Shown here: piece by piece, positions 60,308 through 64,000 of the stretch | How positions within the stretch are numbered: position 1 is the first letter of the stretch | How the letters are laid out: each line of letters starts with the position of its first letter | From: Eledone cirrhosa | Lineage: Eukaryota | Direction of reading: 5' to 3' | Assembly (NCBI GenBank): GCA_964016885.1 | Contig: OZ024750.1 | Location: forward strand, 45,942,001-46,006,000 | DNA: 64,000 bases | Position numbers and translations under genes: made by a program | The notes under the pieces: generated by a model | The model's database searches: none | Seen by the model: the letters and a program-made list of their open reading frames with translations, nothing else | What the model was told of the DNA's origin: nothing

Positions 60308-61136
60308 TTATTAATGCATGGACAGTTATATGGGTTAATCCACCTTAATAATAATATAAACTACTCTATAGTTAGTACACTTTATGCTTTAAAAGTCTCT
60401 CTTGGAAGGTGCACCTCACCATAGAATTTAGGGTCTATTTTGGGACACATTTTAATGGCTAGATATAGAAACCCCAGAGTTACCTCCCCGCATGCATTAA
60501 CTCCCCTTAGCCACACACACACTTCCGGTATTCAATGGCGTTTCTCGAAACGTAACATCCCCCTGTATCGAACTAAAGAACACCAGACTACGATCTCTTA
60601 CTGGATTGTCGTGGATTATGTGAAAGGCATATAATCGAAATATACACTCCCTTGACCATGAAAATGCCGAAGTACATGAATTACTTGACATCCCTGCGCT
60701 GTGCATCTCCAATACTTATAACACTTTTAATGCTTGCACTATCTTTAATGCTTATAATATTTCTCCACACACAGACTATATCAATCATATAAAGACTTTG
60801 CCACCAGACCTACCAACCTAACACTCTTATTTACCTACCTAAGTGCCTCTACCACACATATCTCTCTGCCACACTATATAAACAAGACGCACATGCGTGC
60901 CACACATATAACATTTGCACTATATAACCACTTATCTTCATGTTGTACTTTAACCTATATCTTTGATTTTTGATTGTACCTATTAATATAAATGTAATCT
61001 CGAAGTGTGTACTGCCACTCTAAATTCTGTAATGAATGTTGACCCACAATGTTTGAATATGTATCAATGTTTGAATATGTATTTGGTATGTCTCTCGGCT
61101 GAAAAGGAGGTCATATAACTGTCCATGCATTAATAA

Positions 61137-61189
61137 ATTGCTCCGAAGAATCCAAACCTCGGTTTGGAGGAAACAGCTGTAAGCACAAT
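61137..61189 (+). ncRNA. Minimal hammerhead, third copy, in the inverted pseudo-LTR
   Basis: attgct-ccgaaga-a-tccaaacctcggtttgga-g-gaaa-cagctg-ta-agcacaat read directly on the plus strand. Confidence 0.8.
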
Positions 61190-61223
61190 AATGTTTTGAA
61201 CAGTTCTTTGATTCTTATATTTC

Positions 61224-61307
<84 letters not shown>

Positions 61308-61339
61308 TATGTAGATATATATATATATATATACACACG

Positions 61340-61435
<96 letters not shown>

Positions 61436-61465
61436 TATGTAGATATATATATATATATACACACG

Positions 61466-61551
<86 letters not shown>

Positions 61552-61729
61552 CACATAGACATGAAAAAACCGAGAGAAATATGACAAAACTACGACACAA
61601 TACCGGGAGAAATTGGCGGAGTTCTTATCAATAATCAAGAAATGAGATAATGTCGCCATGTTTGTTACGGTCTTACTTTCATTTATAATTCATACCGTTG
61701 CAGCGCATCAGTTATTGTTGATATTTGTT

Positions 61730-62160
61730 ATTACCGATAGATGTCGCTGTTGTTGTTATTTTGTGTTTTTAGCTATAGATGTCGCTGTTGTTGTTGTTTG
61801 TTAATACCGATAGATGTCACTGTTGTTGTTGTTGTTGTTGTTGTTTGTTAGTGTCCATAGATGTCGCTGTTGTTGTTGTTGTTGTTGCTGTTGTGTGTTA
61901 AAACCGATAGATGTCGCTGTTGTTTGTTAGTACCGATAGATGTCACTGTAGTTGTTGTTTTGTGTTATTACCGATAGATGTCGCTGTCGTTGTTGTTTGT
62001 TAATACCGATAGATGTCACTGTTGTGGTTGTTTGTTAGTATCCATAGATGTCGCTGTTGTTGTTGTGTGTTAAAACCGATAGATGTCGCTGTTGTTTGAT
62101 AGTACCGATAGATGTCGCTGTTGTTGTTGTTTGTCAGTAGCGATAAATGTTGTTGTTGTT
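61730..62160 (+). repeat. Compound minisatellite taccgatagatgtcgct-(GTT)n, about 12 units of variable length
   Basis: A constant ~18-nt block alternates with variable (GTT)n tracts. Confidence 0.9.
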
Positions 62161-64000
62161 GAAGTAGAGTTGTCTTATCCCCCTTGCTTTTTATTATAAT
62201 TATTGGATTGGCAGTATCGGTAGAGGGTCGGACGCCATGCTTTGAAGCATAGAGTTACCTCCCTGTATGATCTGAGTTCAAATCCCGCCGAGATTAACTT
62301 TGCCTTTCATCCTTACGGATTACGGAGTCGATAAAATAAAGTACCAGTAATACACTGCGGTCGATTTAATCGACTTCCTCCCCCCCTTCAAATTACTGGC
62401 CTTGTGGTGAACTATTATTATTGTTGTTGCTGTTTGTTGTTATGGTTGTTATTGTTGTTATTGTTGTTGTTGTTGTTGTTGTTGTTGTATCAATTACATT
62501 ATACAGCAACCAGGAAAACTATTTAGTTTTCACGTTTACTCTCATATTTCTGTATTTACCATTTTACTCTCTTTCTTTCTCTCTATTTCTCTCTCTTTCT
62601 CCTTCCCTTTCTTTCTCTCTATTTCTCTCTCTCTTTCCTTCCCTTTCTTTCTCTCTATTTATCTCTCTTTCTCCTTCTCTCTATTTCTCGCACTTTCTCC
62701 TTCCCTTTCTTTCTCTCTCTTTCCCCTTCTCTTTCTTTCTCTCTGTGTCTCTCTCTCTTTCTCTCTCGCTCATCCTTATGTTTTCTCTCATCATCATCAT
62801 CATCATCGTAATCAACATCAGTAGCAGCACAAGCTTCTGTTTTTTGTTATTGTTGTTGCTGTTGTTGCGGGTGTTGTTGTTGTTTTTCTTCTTCTTCTTC
62901 CACCCCACCCCTACCCCCACCCATTCTATGTCCCCCTCCTCCTCCTCTCCCACCTTCTATACCACCCCACGTTGTTTGCCAATCTAACAATCTAACATAG
63001 TTACTAATTAGTATATTATGCTAAATTATGAATTATCACCTATTTGTTGCCCTCCAACCGAACCCAGGAGTGTTTGTACTAATTTCCTGTTATTTCTATT
63101 GTTATTGTTCTTGATAATATTGTTAGTGTTTGTAGTCGTTGTTGATTATGATGTCAATAGTTTAGCCCTAGGTCGGCGCCTACCGAGAAATTCTCCCTGC
63201 TCGTTCTTCATTCTGACGTGATTACTTTTTGATGTTGCTACAGCTATTGTTGTTGTTCTTGATGTTGTTGTTGATTACGCTCTTGCTGCACATATCTTAG
63301 TGGTAAATCTGTTGAATTCACAATCTCCAGATCATAGGTTCGATCCCTAGACCGGAGGGAACGTTGTATTCCAGAGTAAAATACTTCATTTCACCTCTTC
63401 CCGTCAAGAACTGCAAACAAAAGATACAATTGTTTCTACTTTAGGCACAAGGCTAGCAATTTTGGGGCGGGTGAAAAGTCGATTAAATTGCCCCCAGTGC
63501 ATTACTGGTGCTTTAGTTTATCGACCCCGTAAGGATGAAAGGCAAAGTTAACTTCAGAGGGATCTTAACACAGAACGTAAAAGGCCATAACTATATGCTG
63601 CAAAGCATGGTCTCCGACACTCTATGAACAACAGATATAATTGTTTCTACTTTAGGCACAAGGCCAGCAATTAACCAGTTCATTACCGGTACTTTATTTT
63701 ATCGACCCCGTAAGGATGAAAGGCAAAGTCAACCTCGGCGGGATTTGAACTCAGATATAATGAACAATGGAAAGACTAATGGAAACATTGTTTCTTTGGT
63801 CCAATCTGACAATCAGCTGCTTTACTTTCTCTCTTTATCCCTGTTTTTAGCCCTAGGTCAGCACCTGTCAAACAATTCTACACCCTCGTCCATGTTGAAC
63901 CTCTCATGATTAATGTTTGTTTTTGCTGCTGTTGTTGTTGTAATGACTGGTGATTGCCTTGTCATTGTTATAATTGAAGATACCGATGTTTCTGTTATTG

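Larger units (their letters stand above)
55881..61227 (-). mobile_element. Apparently intact Penelope-like retroelement (PLE) with direct and inverted pseudo-LTRs, inserted in (TA)n
   Basis: Contains an 819-aa RT+GIY-YIG ORF. 55881-56160 is repeated directly at 60053-60332 (offset 4172). 60330-61227 is the reverse complement of 56045-56942. A hammerhead lies in each repeat copy and both ends abut (TA)n. This is the classical PLE partial-tandem plus inverted 5' segment architecture. Confidence 0.95.

Noticed and set aside
61730-62160. CRISPR-like alternation of a constant block with variable spacers
   Set aside because: The spacers are (GTT)n variants of one another, there are no cas genes and the context is eukaryotic; it is a minisatellite.

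Overview
AT-rich animal genomic DNA, very dense in microsatellites ((TA)n, (CA)n, (GA)n, (TAG)n, (GAA)n). The SINE and microsatellite landscape suggests a cephalopod such as Octopus; this is inference. I see no convincing host protein-coding exon, and almost all ORF-track entries are microsatellite translations. The only intact CDS is an 819-aa Penelope-like element (PLE) RT + C-terminal GIY-YIG ORF (57550-60009, minus). It lies in a young element (55881-61227) with a 280-bp direct pseudo-LTR, an ~900-bp inverted pseudo-LTR and three copies of a minimal hammerhead ribozyme. The most striking signal is a window-wide set of about ten sequence-unrelated type I hammerhead ribozyme families, about 20 near-intact copies in total plus decayed or half copies. 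They sit in short non-coding elements embedded in (TA)n, most have a self-complementary stem III, and many elements are fold-backs. Two elements are retrozyme-like arrays of ~500-nt (31739-34029) and 522-nt (2371-3718) monomers with one hammerhead per monomer. Also present: decayed PLE GIY-YIG fragments, RTE and CR1-like LINE remnants, three Helitron derivatives (one with a Pif1-helicase remnant), a mariner deletion derivative, two tRNA-derived SINE families and minisatellites. All alignments and folds were done by eye; coordinates may be off by a few bases.
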